Below are positions 20,007-29,470 of a stretch of 64,000 nt of DNA, piece after piece. The notes beneath the pieces are model-generated. The model was not told where the DNA came from. It did not search any database and saw only the letters and a program-made list of their open reading frames with translations. Origin of the DNA: Armatimonadota bacterium (GTDB taxonomy: Bacteria > Armatimonadota > UBA5829 > DTLH01); contig JBDKSP010000089.1 of the NCBI GenBank assembly GCA_039680575.1, positions 22,367 to 86,366 of the forward strand, read 5' to 3'. The position numbers were made by a program, and so were the translations under genes. Positions within the stretch are counted from its first letter, which is position 1; each line of letters opens with the position of its first letter.

Positions 20007-20142
20007 CACCCCATACAACATGATATTTAGCCCTCAACCTTCCTACATCCTGCATTAAGACCCATCCACCGGCCTCAAAACTCTTACAATTCACTCCTGT
20101 ATGAAGGATAATCCGGCGAATACGGCGTATATTGTATAGACA

Positions 20143-20505
20143 ATGGAAATTATTGGTATCGGGACCGATATTATTGAAATAGAGCGGGTCGCGAAGGTAA
20201 TGGCGGAGAACCATCGGTTTGCCTCACGCATCTTCACCAGGGCAGAACTCGACTACTGCCGGGACAAGAAGAACTGCTACCCGCATTTTGCCGCAAGGTT
20301 CGCTGCCAAAGAGGCTGTCGGAAAAGCAATTGGTAGGCCGATTTCGTGGCAGGATGTGGAAGTAGTGAAAGGCAGTGAGGGAAAGCCGGAAATCAGGCTC
20401 CATGGCGAGGCAAAAACCGCAGCGGACGGCTGCAGGGTTTTTCTAACCATGTCCCACTCAAGAGACTACGCAACTGCCGTAGCAGTGCTGGCGTTGGAAA
20501 GCTGA
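20143..20505 (+). CDS. acpS: Holo-ACP synthase
   Basis: GIGTDIIEI, RFAAKEAVGKA, SHSRDYA. Confidence 0.95.
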   Translation: MEIIGIGTDIIEIERVAKVMAENHRFASRIFTRAELDYCRDKKNCYPHFAARFAAKEAVGKAIGRPISWQDVEVVKGSEGKPEIRLHGEAKTAADGCRVFLTMSHSRDYATAVAVLALES

Positions 20506-20513
20506 CAGCTAAA

Positions 20514-22067
20514 ATGTTTCTTACAACTGCTGAACAGATGAGAGAGCTGGACCGGCGGGCAAGCCGGGAATTCGGAGTACCAAGCATCGTTCTGATGGAA
20601 AACGCCGGGCTTCGGACCTTCGATGTCGTCTACGGTATGCTGGAGGAGATCGAAGGCCACAGGGTTGCCGTCGTCTGCGGACGAGGGAACAACGGCGGTG
20701 ACGGTTTTGTCGTCACTCGCCATCTTCATCAGGTCGGCGTGGAAGTCGAAATCTTCCTCATCGGCCGTATAGAGGATGCCAAAGGCGATGCCGCAATAAA
20801 TTTGAACATAGCCGGGAAGTCCGGTATACCCATAACCGAAGTTACGGATATAAACGCGCTTAAATCTGCGCTCGTGCACTCGGATTTGATAGTCGATGCG
20901 ATCTTCGGAACGGGAATCAAGGGTGAGATCACCGGACTTGCAGGCGAGGCGATAGACGCGATCAACGACTCAGGTTCGCCGGTCGTCTCAGTCGATCTTC
21001 CATCGGGGCTGGATGCCGATACTGGACAGGTTTCCGAAAGATGCGTGCGAGCCGATGCGACCGTCACGTTCGCGCTGCCGAAGATCGGACTTGCGACCTA
21101 TCCTGGAGCCTCCTGCGCAGGCGAAGTCACCGTAGCGGACATAGGGATTCCCGATCTTGCGTTCGAGACGGCGGGCATCGATACTTTCGTCACCGATGCC
21201 GATGATGTAAGAGTCCGGCTTCCTGAGCGTCCCGATGATGCCAACAAAGGTACTTTCGGGCGCGCGGCGATCATAGCAGGGTCGGTAGGGATGACCGGCG
21301 CGGCAGCGATGGCCGGGATGGCAGCGGTAAGGATCGGCGCGGGGCTCGTCACACTCGGTATACCTGAGAGTCTGAACGATATACTGGAAGTCAAAGTCAC
21401 GGAAGTTATGACTCTCCCGATGCCTGAAACAAAAGACCGGAGTTTTTCGCTGTCTGCTGTCGATAAAGCGCTCGAACTCATCCAAAAATGTGATGCCGTG
21501 GCTATCGGGCCCGGAATCGGCAGAAATCCTGAGACTGCGGCCTTCATTCACGAGCTTCTGCCAAAAATCGAGACGCCGGTGGTAATAGACGCGGATGGGC
21601 TTAACGCCGTATCTGAGAATGTAGAGTTGTTCAAGAGCCTTAAAGCTCCGGCGATTATCACCCCCCACCCCGGCGAGATGTCGCGGCTTACAGGAACTCC
21701 CGTTGAGGCTATCCAGTCTAACAGACTGGAGGCCGCGAAAGACGCAGCCGCGAGGTTCGGAGTCACGGTCGTCCTGAAGGGCGCGGCGACAGTCACGGCT
21801 TCGCCCAGCGGAGAGGCCTGGGTCAACTCGACAGGCAGCGTGGCGCTGGCATCCGGCGGGACGGGAGATATTTTGACCGGAACGATCACCGGGCTGCTTG
21901 CACAGGGACTCGAGCCGCTTGACGCGGCGGTTTGCGGCGTATACATACATGGAAAAGCCGGAGAAATGGCTGCCGAAGAGATCGGCAAATCCGGCGCGGC
22001 GGCAACCGATCTGCTTCCACTGCTGCCGCTCGCGCTTGGTATTATAGATTTTCGGCTGATTAATTAA
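20514..22067 (+). CDS. nnr: Bifunctional NAD(P)H-hydrate epimerase/dehydratase (YjeF)
   Basis: LMENAG, GRGNNGGDG, DLPSG, ANKG.FG, IDADGL, TPHPGE, GGTGD. Confidence 0.95.
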   Translation: MFLTTAEQMRELDRRASREFGVPSIVLMENAGLRTFDVVYGMLEEIEGHRVAVVCGRGNNGGDGFVVTRHLHQVGVEVEIFLIGRIEDAKGDAAINLNIAGKSGIPITEVTDINALKSALVHSDLIVDAIFGTGIKGEITGLAGEAIDAINDSGSPVVSVDLPSGLDADTGQVSERCVRADATVTFALPKIGLATYPGASCAGEVTVADIGIPDLAFETAGIDTFVTDADDVRVRLPERPDDANKGTFGRAAIIAGSVGMTGAAAMAGMAAVRIGAGLVTLGIPESLNDILEVKVTEVMTLPMPETKDRSFSLSAVDKALELIQKCDAVAIGPGIGRNPETAAFIHELLPKIETPVVIDADGLNAVSENVELFKSLKAPAIITPHPGEMSRLTGTPVEAIQSNRLEAAKDAAARFGVTVVLKGAATVTASPSGEAWVNSTGSVALASGGTGDILTGTITGLLAQGLEPLDAAVCGVYIHGKAGEMAAEEIGKSGAAATDLLPLLPLALGIIDFRLIN

Positions 22068-22205
22068 CGGCCAATCATATATTGGCTGTTGCCGAAAATC
22101 TTCCGGAAGAGTTTCAGGTGTAAGTGTAAAATCAACAGATATAGCTACATCAGAGAACTTTTATATAGCTGTAAGGCTGTTACTTTATCTCCTGAAACTC
22201 TGTAG
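22041..22205 (+). repeat. ~165-bp double-hairpin dispersed element, copy 1 (MITE-like or ncRNA)
   Basis: Near-identical to 62099-62264 (about 5 differences by eye); stems GATTTTCGGC/GCCGAAAATC and GAGTTTCAGG/CCTGAAACTC. Confidence 0.85.
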
Positions 22206-22236
22206 TTAGGGAACAAAAGGGCTAAGCGAATGTCAT

Positions 22237-22271
22237 GTTTCGGGACGGACTGCGGTCCCGAAGCATAAGGA
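22237..22271. repeat. REP-like palindrome TTCGGGAC...GTCCCGAAGCA
   Basis: Its reverse complement matches 42241-42276, and a second copy follows at about 42300-42333. Confidence 0.65.
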
Positions 22272-22309
22272 CCATCCCCCTTCCCCTTTTATATAAGGAG
22301 TGTTATGTT

Positions 22310-23623
22310 ATGCTTCGAAAAACAACAGTTCTGCAATTATTCATGCTATTCACATTGATCTTTGCGATTTCCGCTGCCACATGGGCTGATCCCAAGGTGC
22401 AGGTGAGCTTCCCGGAGAAGGGCGGCTACCTCTACTGGCTCGAATACAAGGGCGCTGACGGCAAACAGATAATAACGGCTCCAAAGCACGCAGCCGGATC
22501 GGGAACATCCGTCGATCTCGCTCCTGCCGCACCGGGAGGAAAGCTCGGCGAAGGGACATTTAAAGTCTACGATGATAAGTCCGGCAACGTCGCGGCGAAA
22601 AACATCCAGAACCTCAAAGGCAAAACGGACCTCAAGCTCAAAACAAACGATTTTACGCTTATCAGAACACTGAAGATCGTCCTGAAACCAGCCGATGGCA
22701 AGGATAATGAGCGGATCGAGTCGGCTATCGTAACACTGACGGATGCCAATTCCGACACCTTCACCACGATTGTCGACCCGGCGAGCGAAGGTGTCGCGGA
22801 GTTTCACGATATTGCAGGTGGAGCTGTAAGCATAATTGTCCAATCAGAGGGGAAAAAGATGTCCCTCGACCTGGACATGCCCCTCGATCGGGATACTGCT
22901 GTGCATACCGAGGATTTGACGGTGTCGTTCAAGACTCGGACAGTTAATGCGTCGGTTACAGCCGGTTCGAAGGTATCGGCGGATGACGAAGAAGGCGGAA
23001 AGAAGCCTGCCGCATCGAAAGAGCAGAAGGCACAACCCGGAACCGGTATACTGCAATACATTATGGGTATTGCAGTCCTTGTGATGATCGGGTTCATCGG
23101 CTATGTAGTCCTGAAAAGCAAGGGTCTAAACGCTGACAACCTGAGGAAGCTCGGAGTACAGCTCCCGCAGGGTGATGATACGGCAGTGAACGTGCCTGGA
23201 ACGGCTCAGGAGCCACAGATCGACCCGAATGTGTGCCAGTTCTGCGGGCAGCGCAAAGACCCGGCGACCGGAAACTGCGCATGCAGTGTCAGCAGCCCGG
23301 CTGCAGGGCAGGCGCCTTCCGCCACTGCCGGGATACCGAGGCTGATTGGGACCCAGGGGCAGTATTCGGGACACATTTTCGAGCTAACGGGAGCTGAGGC
23401 CACGATAGGGCGTGACCCCGGCAATACCATCCCTCTGGTCGAGGACAGCACATCGTCCCGCAGGCACGCGAGGTTCGGGCAGGAAAACGGCGCGTATTTC
23501 GTAATGGACGAAGGCAGCTCGAACGGAACGTTCGTAAACGGGATGAAGATTACTGGACGCCACCCGCTTCATACCGGCGATGAAGTCCAAATCGGCGGCA
23601 CGAAATTCAGGTTTGAGGCGTAG
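22310..23623 (+). CDS. Membrane-anchored FHA-domain protein with extracytoplasmic beta-rich domain and Cys motif
   Basis: Signal peptide, TM helix, CQFCG..GNCAC, FHA signature IGR..SRRHA..GSSNGTFVNG. Confidence 0.9.
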   Translation: MLRKTTVLQLFMLFTLIFAISAATWADPKVQVSFPEKGGYLYWLEYKGADGKQIITAPKHAAGSGTSVDLAPAAPGGKLGEGTFKVYDDKSGNVAAKNIQNLKGKTDLKLKTNDFTLIRTLKIVLKPADGKDNERIESAIVTLTDANSDTFTTIVDPASEGVAEFHDIAGGAVSIIVQSEGKKMSLDLDMPLDRDTAVHTEDLTVSFKTRTVNASVTAGSKVSADDEEGGKKPAASKEQKAQPGTGILQYIMGIAVLVMIGFIGYVVLKSKGLNADNLRKLGVQLPQGDDTAVNVPGTAQEPQIDPNVCQFCGQRKDPATGNCACSVSSPAAGQAPSATAGIPRLIGTQGQYSGHIFELTGAEATIGRDPGNTIPLVEDSTSSRRHARFGQENGAYFVMDEGSSNGTFVNGMKITGRHPLHTGDEVQIGGTKFRFEA

Positions 23624-23680
23624 GGAAAGATTGTGGAGACTTGAATGTATCCTGTGACTCATTAGTTCAGGGTAACTTAC

Positions 23681-23721
23681 TTCTGTTCCCTACTGATTAC
23701 TGACGGCTGAAAGCTGATAGC
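23681..23721. repeat. Degenerate 7-mer repeat tract (GCTGAnn)
   Basis: CTGATTACTGACGGCTGAAAGCTGATAGC; similar tracts near 14205, 31157, 37960 and 42161. Confidence 0.55.
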
Positions 23722-23726
23722 AAAAA

Positions 23727-25232
23727 ATGGCAAGAGTTACTAAATATCTTTTACTTGCAGCGATAGGCGGATTTCTGGCTTGGGTGATACTTGAACCGAT
23801 CAATTCGCTCACGCCTTACGTGCCTCCAGGGCAGGATGCGCCCGACATGACATTTGGGCAGATGATGGCAATAGGCGCCATCTTTGGAATGTTCCTTGGT
23901 CTGTTTCTCGGCCTGGCTGAGGCATTTTCCGGCGTCTCGCCAAGAGATGCGGTAAAAAGTGTTGTTGTAGGCATCGGAGTCGGCATACTCGGTGGAATGA
24001 TCGGGATTACTCTAGGCAATTCTCTGATCTATAAACCGCTCCTCCGGTTGTCGTACGTCTTCCGCAGCGGTGAGATAATGAACCCTCTACAGTTTGTGAT
24101 CCTACTGGTCGCTCGCTCTGCAGGATGGGCGATGATCGGTCTGTTGGCCGGACTCGCTCAGGGAATTTCTACACAGTCCAGCCAGAAGATGACTAACGGA
24201 GCTGTCGGTGGAATAATCGGTGGATTTGCCGGAGGAATGGCATTTGAGCTTCTCGTCCATTTCGGTGTACCTCCAGAGATGCTTAGAATGGTCGGTTTTA
24301 CAACCACGGCAGCGGCGATAGGGCTTTTCATCGGGTTCATAGAAGAAGTCCGAAAGAAAGCCTGGATCGTGCACCTCAAGGGACGGAACGAAGGCAGGGA
24401 ATTTTCGATTTTCAAGCCGGAGACAATCGCCGGACGCGATGAACTGGTGGATATCCCGATCTTCGGCGACCCGGACGTCGAGCCCAGGCACTTCGCCATA
24501 AAGGCGGATCAAAACAGATACGTCCTTTTGGATATGAACACCACGGCAGGCACATCCGTAAACGGTCAAAAAGTCCAGAAACAGACATTGAGAGACGGAG
24601 ACATCATCCAGGTCGGTATGACCCGGCTTTTATTCAGAGATAAGGCAACGCGGTCGTTTACATCCAGACCGGTCGATCCGTACAGCGCGACCGGGACAAG
24701 CATACCGACATCCGAGCACATCTGCCCGTTCTGCGGCGGAATCAAGGACGCAGCCGGTAACTGCTCCTGTTCGGCAGGTGTCCAAGCACCGGGACAGCAG
24801 GTTCAGAACCAGACCATGCAGCAGACGGTTGTATCGCAGCCGAACCAGACTGTGCAAACGACCCAGGCGATGAGCAACCCGTTCTCAGGAGCGCCTGTCG
24901 ATCCGTTTGCAGGCGCTCCGCTCTCGAACACTCCCGGAACCGGAGCGAGGCTCGTCGCGGCATACGGGCCGTATACGGGGCAGGTGTACAACCTGAACCC
25001 TGCCGGTGAGACTACTATCGGGCGGCAGTCCGACCAGATGATCTCTCTGTCGAACGATAATACAGTCTCTAGACAGCATGCAAAAGTGGCAAATGAGAGC
25101 GGACAATTCGTCTTATATGATTGCGGAAGCGCGAACGGCACTCATGTGAACAATACCAGGATCACCCGCCACGTTCTGACACCCGGCGACCTGGTGCAGA
25201 TAGGAAGTACAAAATTCAAATTTGAAGGGTGA
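23727..25232 (+). CDS. Multi-pass membrane protein with two FHA domains
   Basis: About 6 Gly-rich TM helices, degenerate FHA (AGRD..RHF..GTSVNG), CPFCG..GNCSC, Gln/Thr-rich linker, canonical FHA (IGR..VSRQHA..SANGT). Confidence 0.9.
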   Translation: MARVTKYLLLAAIGGFLAWVILEPINSLTPYVPPGQDAPDMTFGQMMAIGAIFGMFLGLFLGLAEAFSGVSPRDAVKSVVVGIGVGILGGMIGITLGNSLIYKPLLRLSYVFRSGEIMNPLQFVILLVARSAGWAMIGLLAGLAQGISTQSSQKMTNGAVGGIIGGFAGGMAFELLVHFGVPPEMLRMVGFTTTAAAIGLFIGFIEEVRKKAWIVHLKGRNEGREFSIFKPETIAGRDELVDIPIFGDPDVEPRHFAIKADQNRYVLLDMNTTAGTSVNGQKVQKQTLRDGDIIQVGMTRLLFRDKATRSFTSRPVDPYSATGTSIPTSEHICPFCGGIKDAAGNCSCSAGVQAPGQQVQNQTMQQTVVSQPNQTVQTTQAMSNPFSGAPVDPFAGAPLSNTPGTGARLVAAYGPYTGQVYNLNPAGETTIGRQSDQMISLSNDNTVSRQHAKVANESGQFVLYDCGSANGTHVNNTRITRHVLTPGDLVQIGSTKFKFEG

Positions 25233-25336
25233 AGGTTTTTATCACGAAAGCAGAAAAAGGGAATAGTGGATGTCGTGTTTCATTATTTCGTGATTATTAA
25301 CCTTCCAGAACAATCACCTTTAAAGGACAAACGACT

Positions 25337-26734
25337 ATGGACAGCACGCAGATGATGCCTCCGTTCGATAACGAGCGGACACAGATCGGAAACTTTGGAC
25401 AGAACAACGATCCGGGAAAAACACAGATGTCCAGCCCATTCGACCCCGGCAGAACACAAATGCCCGGACCGTTCGATCCTGGCAGGACACAGATGGCAGG
25501 CCCGCCCGAGAAATCAATCCGGCTGGAATGCACTGCCGGAAACCGCTTCGCGCTCTCGACCCGAAGCTCCAGGGAACACGTTCTGGTCAGCCTGTTCTCC
25601 AGCGGCGTGATAGGTGGCGCACGAATGCCGCTCAACCTCTGTCTCATCATCGACCGCAGCGGATCGATGGAGGGAGAGCCGCTCGAGTATGTCAAACGCG
25701 CATGCGGCTACGTAGTAGACCTGCTTGAACCGAACGATGTTCTCTCTGTAGTCGCATTCGAGGAACGGGTCGAGGTCATCATGCCCGCAAGACGTGTGGT
25801 CAACAAAGCACTCATAAAGGAACATATCAACCGGCTCGAACCGGGAAATACCACGAATGTTTATGACGGCATCGCAGCCGGGGCAAGCCAGATCGCAAGC
25901 GTTTACTCCAAGAGCTATGTCAACCGCGCGCTACTCTTCACCGACGGCGACCCTACAGCAGGAATCAAGGACTTCAGCTCGATAGTCGGAATGGTCGGCG
26001 AGCAAAAGAGCCGGGGGATCACAATAACGGCACTTGGGTTCGGAAACGAGTATAATGAGGAGCTTTTAGCCGGGATCGCTCGAAAATCCGGCGGGAACTA
26101 TTACTACATAACGCGGCCTGAGCTCATCCCTGAGGTATTCAGAAAAGAGCTCGAAACGCTGATGACGGTCGTCGCCCGCAATATAAGGCTCACATTCAAC
26201 CTGTCCAAATGGGTGCAGGTCCGGCAGATTTATGGACATCTACCGGCATTCGGCAACCGGACCGCCGAAACAACACTTACGGACCTCGAACGGGGCAGCG
26301 CATCGAGCGCTATAGTTGAGGTCGAGCTGGGCCCCAGGCCGGCAGGGACCTATAGGATAGGCAAGGTCGAGATCAATTACGACGACTCCTCCACCGGCAG
26401 GGCTGAGAGGTTGATAGAAGATGTCGTGATGGAGTTTACGCCGGACGAGAACCTGGTCGCTGCAAACATCAACCCCAAAGTCCAGTGCGAGATAGAGGTC
26501 GCGCTTGCATCCAAACAACTCGAACGGACGGTTATGGGGATGAGGACGCAGCAGATCTCACCCGCCGCTGCCATGCAGGAACTGGAAAAGACCCGCATGA
26601 TGCTCGTCCAACAGGGCAAGACTCTGCAGGCACAGGAAATTGAGCAGGCTATGGACAGCATAAAGAAAGGCGCGGGGGTCGAAAAGACACTCGTCGGAAC
26701 GATCTATAACCTCGACAGAGGGGGGAGCAAGTGA
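25337..26734 (+). CDS. vWA (YfbK-like) domain protein with N-terminal RTQM repeats
   Basis: MIDAS DRSGS, T, TDG; N-terminal PFDPGRTQM repeats. Confidence 0.92.
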   Translation: MDSTQMMPPFDNERTQIGNFGQNNDPGKTQMSSPFDPGRTQMPGPFDPGRTQMAGPPEKSIRLECTAGNRFALSTRSSREHVLVSLFSSGVIGGARMPLNLCLIIDRSGSMEGEPLEYVKRACGYVVDLLEPNDVLSVVAFEERVEVIMPARRVVNKALIKEHINRLEPGNTTNVYDGIAAGASQIASVYSKSYVNRALLFTDGDPTAGIKDFSSIVGMVGEQKSRGITITALGFGNEYNEELLAGIARKSGGNYYYITRPELIPEVFRKELETLMTVVARNIRLTFNLSKWVQVRQIYGHLPAFGNRTAETTLTDLERGSASSAIVEVELGPRPAGTYRIGKVEINYDDSSTGRAERLIEDVVMEFTPDENLVAANINPKVQCEIEVALASKQLERTVMGMRTQQISPAAAMQELEKTRMMLVQQGKTLQAQEIEQAMDSIKKGAGVEKTLVGTIYNLDRGGSK

Positions 26735-27795
26735 TGGAAAACGGGATTGAAAAGACTCAACTCGCAAACGGCAACGCGACACAGATGATCCCGACGCAGG
26801 GTGCGGAAGCCACCCGGATGGGGATGAGCATCACCTGCCCGGTCTGCCATTCGACTACCCCCGAAGGAGAGAAATACTGCTCCGACTGCGGGTTCCTGCT
26901 CTCTTCTCAGCCGGTAGAGACTGCCGATATGCCCGAACCGCCCGCGCTTCCCAGGATCATCGACCCGACGAGCGGGCGCGAATCTCTCCTGAACCCCGGC
27001 GAAAACACCATCGGCAGGGAGAATTCGGACGTACTCGTCTCCCACCCCACCGCGTCACGCAGGCATGCGAAGCTCACGGTTTCGGATGGTAAATATATAT
27101 TGGAAGACCTCGGAAGCACGAACGGGACTTATGTCGGAAACAGGAAAGTCGAGCCAGGGCAGCCGGTCGAGATAAAACCGGGAGATGAGATCAGGTTCGG
27201 CTCCGCTGTTATGAGGCTTGAGGAACCTGCTTCGGAAGCTGTAATTGCCGCCGAAGAGGCTGTGCGCGAGGTTGAGGAAGCCGAGGAGCGCGAAGAGCTT
27301 GCTGAAGAGTCGGTCGAAGTCGAACAGGCAGCCGAACAACCTGCTCCGCCGTCAGTCGAAGAGGAAAACGAAGAGCATGAGGAGTCTCACGAGGCTGTCG
27401 AAGCAGTAATGAAGATAGAACCGGGCGTGGAGTCCGGGTTCGAAGCAACTCCTGAACAGGCACTCGAAGAGCCGGTGCAGCCTGTGGAGATTCATGAAGA
27501 GCTGCCGGCGCTCGCGAGGCTCGTTCCGAAAGCCGGAGGAGATGAACTCCTTGTAAAACAGGGCGAAAACACTGTCGGCAGGAGACCGGCAAACGATATC
27601 GTGATCGCCGACCCTTACATATCGGGAAGCCATGCCGTAATCAGCGCATCGGACGGCAGCTTCTCGGTCACGGACACCGGCAGCACCAATGGGACATCCG
27701 TTAACGGAGAGAGACTGTCACCAAACGAGCCTCACGCACTCACGGACGGCGACGAGGTAACGTTCGGACAGGACTCGTTCAGGTTCACTGTATGA
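26731..27795 (+). CDS. Zinc-ribbon plus double-FHA protein with acidic linker
   Basis: CPVC..YCSDCG; two canonical FHA domains; Glu-rich linker; GTG start overlapping the vWA stop. Confidence 0.9.
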   Translation: MMENGIEKTQLANGNATQMIPTQGAEATRMGMSITCPVCHSTTPEGEKYCSDCGFLLSSQPVETADMPEPPALPRIIDPTSGRESLLNPGENTIGRENSDVLVSHPTASRRHAKLTVSDGKYILEDLGSTNGTYVGNRKVEPGQPVEIKPGDEIRFGSAVMRLEEPASEAVIAAEEAVREVEEAEEREELAEESVEVEQAAEQPAPPSVEEENEEHEESHEAVEAVMKIEPGVESGFEATPEQALEEPVQPVEIHEELPALARLVPKAGGDELLVKQGENTVGRRPANDIVIADPYISGSHAVISASDGSFSVTDTGSTNGTSVNGERLSPNEPHALTDGDEVTFGQDSFRFTV

Positions 27796-28487
27796 TATGT
27801 TCCAAATGCGGCGCGGAGAATGATTCCAGCGCTGAAAAATGCAGGCAATGCGCGTGGTCATTGAAATCGCGGCTCGTCGTAGATGAACAGATCTGCGCGA
27901 ACCATCCCCGGCGGATGGCTGTAAGCACGTGTCACTCCTGCGGGCTGGAGCTTTGCGAAGAGTGCGAAGTCTTCATCGGGGATGTTTCATACTGCAGGGA
28001 ATGCGCCGAACGGCCTGGAGAAGAGGAACTCCTCCGGGATGTGCCTGTGGTCGATCCGGCTCAGGCAGAGCCTGCCGGTTTCTGGATCAGAACCCTTGCG
28101 GGGGCTGTGGACCTGATAATCCTCGGCTGCGCATTTTCCGTGCTCTGGACGGCGTTCTGGCTGCTATTCGGCGACCCGACCGTCCCCTTGCGCCTGGGAG
28201 ACCATCCATGGGCTCATGTGCTGTTCTGGGTGATTGTGGGCGTAACAATACCTGTCTACTACATCTACAGTATTGCAACAAACTCACAGACACCGGGGAT
28301 GTCGGCTTTCGATATTGCCGTCGTGCGCAGCGGAGGAGAAGCTGCCGATTATCGCACGGCAATTCTTCGTTATATGGCGGTATTTCCGGCTATAGTATCG
28401 ATATTCGGTATATTCTGGTGCATCTGGGACAAAAATGGCAGGATGCTTCACGACAGGCTGACCAAAACGAGTGTAGTTAGGATGTAA
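27792..28487 (+). CDS. RDD family membrane protein with zinc ribbon and B-box-like finger
   Basis: CSKC..CRQC; CANHP..CHSC..LCEEC..YCREC; AGFWIR..A..VD, QTPG, LHDRL. Confidence 0.88.
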   Translation: MICSKCGAENDSSAEKCRQCAWSLKSRLVVDEQICANHPRRMAVSTCHSCGLELCEECEVFIGDVSYCRECAERPGEEELLRDVPVVDPAQAEPAGFWIRTLAGAVDLIILGCAFSVLWTAFWLLFGDPTVPLRLGDHPWAHVLFWVIVGVTIPVYYIYSIATNSQTPGMSAFDIAVVRSGGEAADYRTAILRYMAVFPAIVSIFGIFWCIWDKNGRMLHDRLTKTSVVRM

Positions 28488-28491
28488 TGAT

Positions 28492-29442
28492 ATGGATCAA
28501 GAAAACGTAATCCCAGTAGCGGACGATGTCGAGGTAACTGCGGAACTCAACACCGGTGAACTTGAAGCTGAGTGGGAAAAGCTCGCTGAACGCGCGAAAC
28601 ACATCCACCCAGTCATCAAAATGGGCGCCCGTACGGACCTCGGGCGGGTTAGGGAGAATAACGAAGACAAATTCGATTTCTTCGAGCCCGAAGATGCCGG
28701 TCTGCTCGCCCAAAAGGGGTCGTATTACGCAGTCGCCGATGGTATGGGAGGACATGCAGCCGGTCAGATAGCAAGCGAGATGGCGCAGAAGACCGTCATA
28801 AAGTCTTATTACGCCGATCCGTCTCCCGATGTCCATGGAAGCCTGATACGCGCCGTATTTGAAGCAAACAGCCTTATATTCGATGCAGCGCAGATGATCG
28901 TCGAGCGCTCCGGGATGGGAACTACCCTCACCGCGGTCATAATCCGGGGTGACACGGCCTATTTCGCACAGGTCGGCGACAGTAGAGGCTATCTGATCCG
29001 TAATGGCGCTATCAGACAGGTGACTGAAGACCATTCCTGGGTCGCGGAACAGGTCAGGCGCGGCGCTATGTCCGAAGAGGAGGCTAAATATTCGCCGTTC
29101 AGGAACGTCATTACCCGATCACTCGGGAATCTGCCGACCGTAGATGCTGATATTTATGCTGAAGACCTTCAGCTGGGGGATATGATCGTCCTCTGCTCGG
29201 ATGGGCTCTCGGGAAATCTGTCGGCTGATGATATACTGAACATAGTATCCGGCAAGAGTCCCTCACAGGCAGCCGTCGACCTGGTCGATGCAGCTAATGA
29301 AAGAGGCGGCTCGGACAATATAACCAACATAGTCCTTGCAATCAGGGATATAGTATATGAGGAGGGTCAGACTCCTCCAGAAAGAGAACTAAACGATCAG
29401 GAAACACCGCGAAAGCGAGGGTTTCTCGGGATTTTTAGATAA
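28492..29442 (+). CDS. PP2C-type Ser/Thr phosphatase (Stp1/PrpC)
   Basis: RENNED, VADGMGG, VGDSR, DHS, RNVITR, CSDGL, GSDNIT. Confidence 0.95.
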   Translation: MDQENVIPVADDVEVTAELNTGELEAEWEKLAERAKHIHPVIKMGARTDLGRVRENNEDKFDFFEPEDAGLLAQKGSYYAVADGMGGHAAGQIASEMAQKTVIKSYYADPSPDVHGSLIRAVFEANSLIFDAAQMIVERSGMGTTLTAVIIRGDTAYFAQVGDSRGYLIRNGAIRQVTEDHSWVAEQVRRGAMSEEEAKYSPFRNVITRSLGNLPTVDADIYAEDLQLGDMIVLCSDGLSGNLSADDILNIVSGKSPSQAAVDLVDAANERGGSDNITNIVLAIRDIVYEEGQTPPERELNDQETPRKRGFLGIFR

Positions 29443-29470
29443 ATTAGGATTGAATCCTGAATCCTAACCT

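Noticed and set aside
22041..22205. CRISPR repeat or tracrRNA (GTTTCAG...CTGAAAC resembles some CRISPR repeats)
   Set aside because: No regularly spaced direct repeats with unique spacers and no cas gene in the window; the copies are dispersed.
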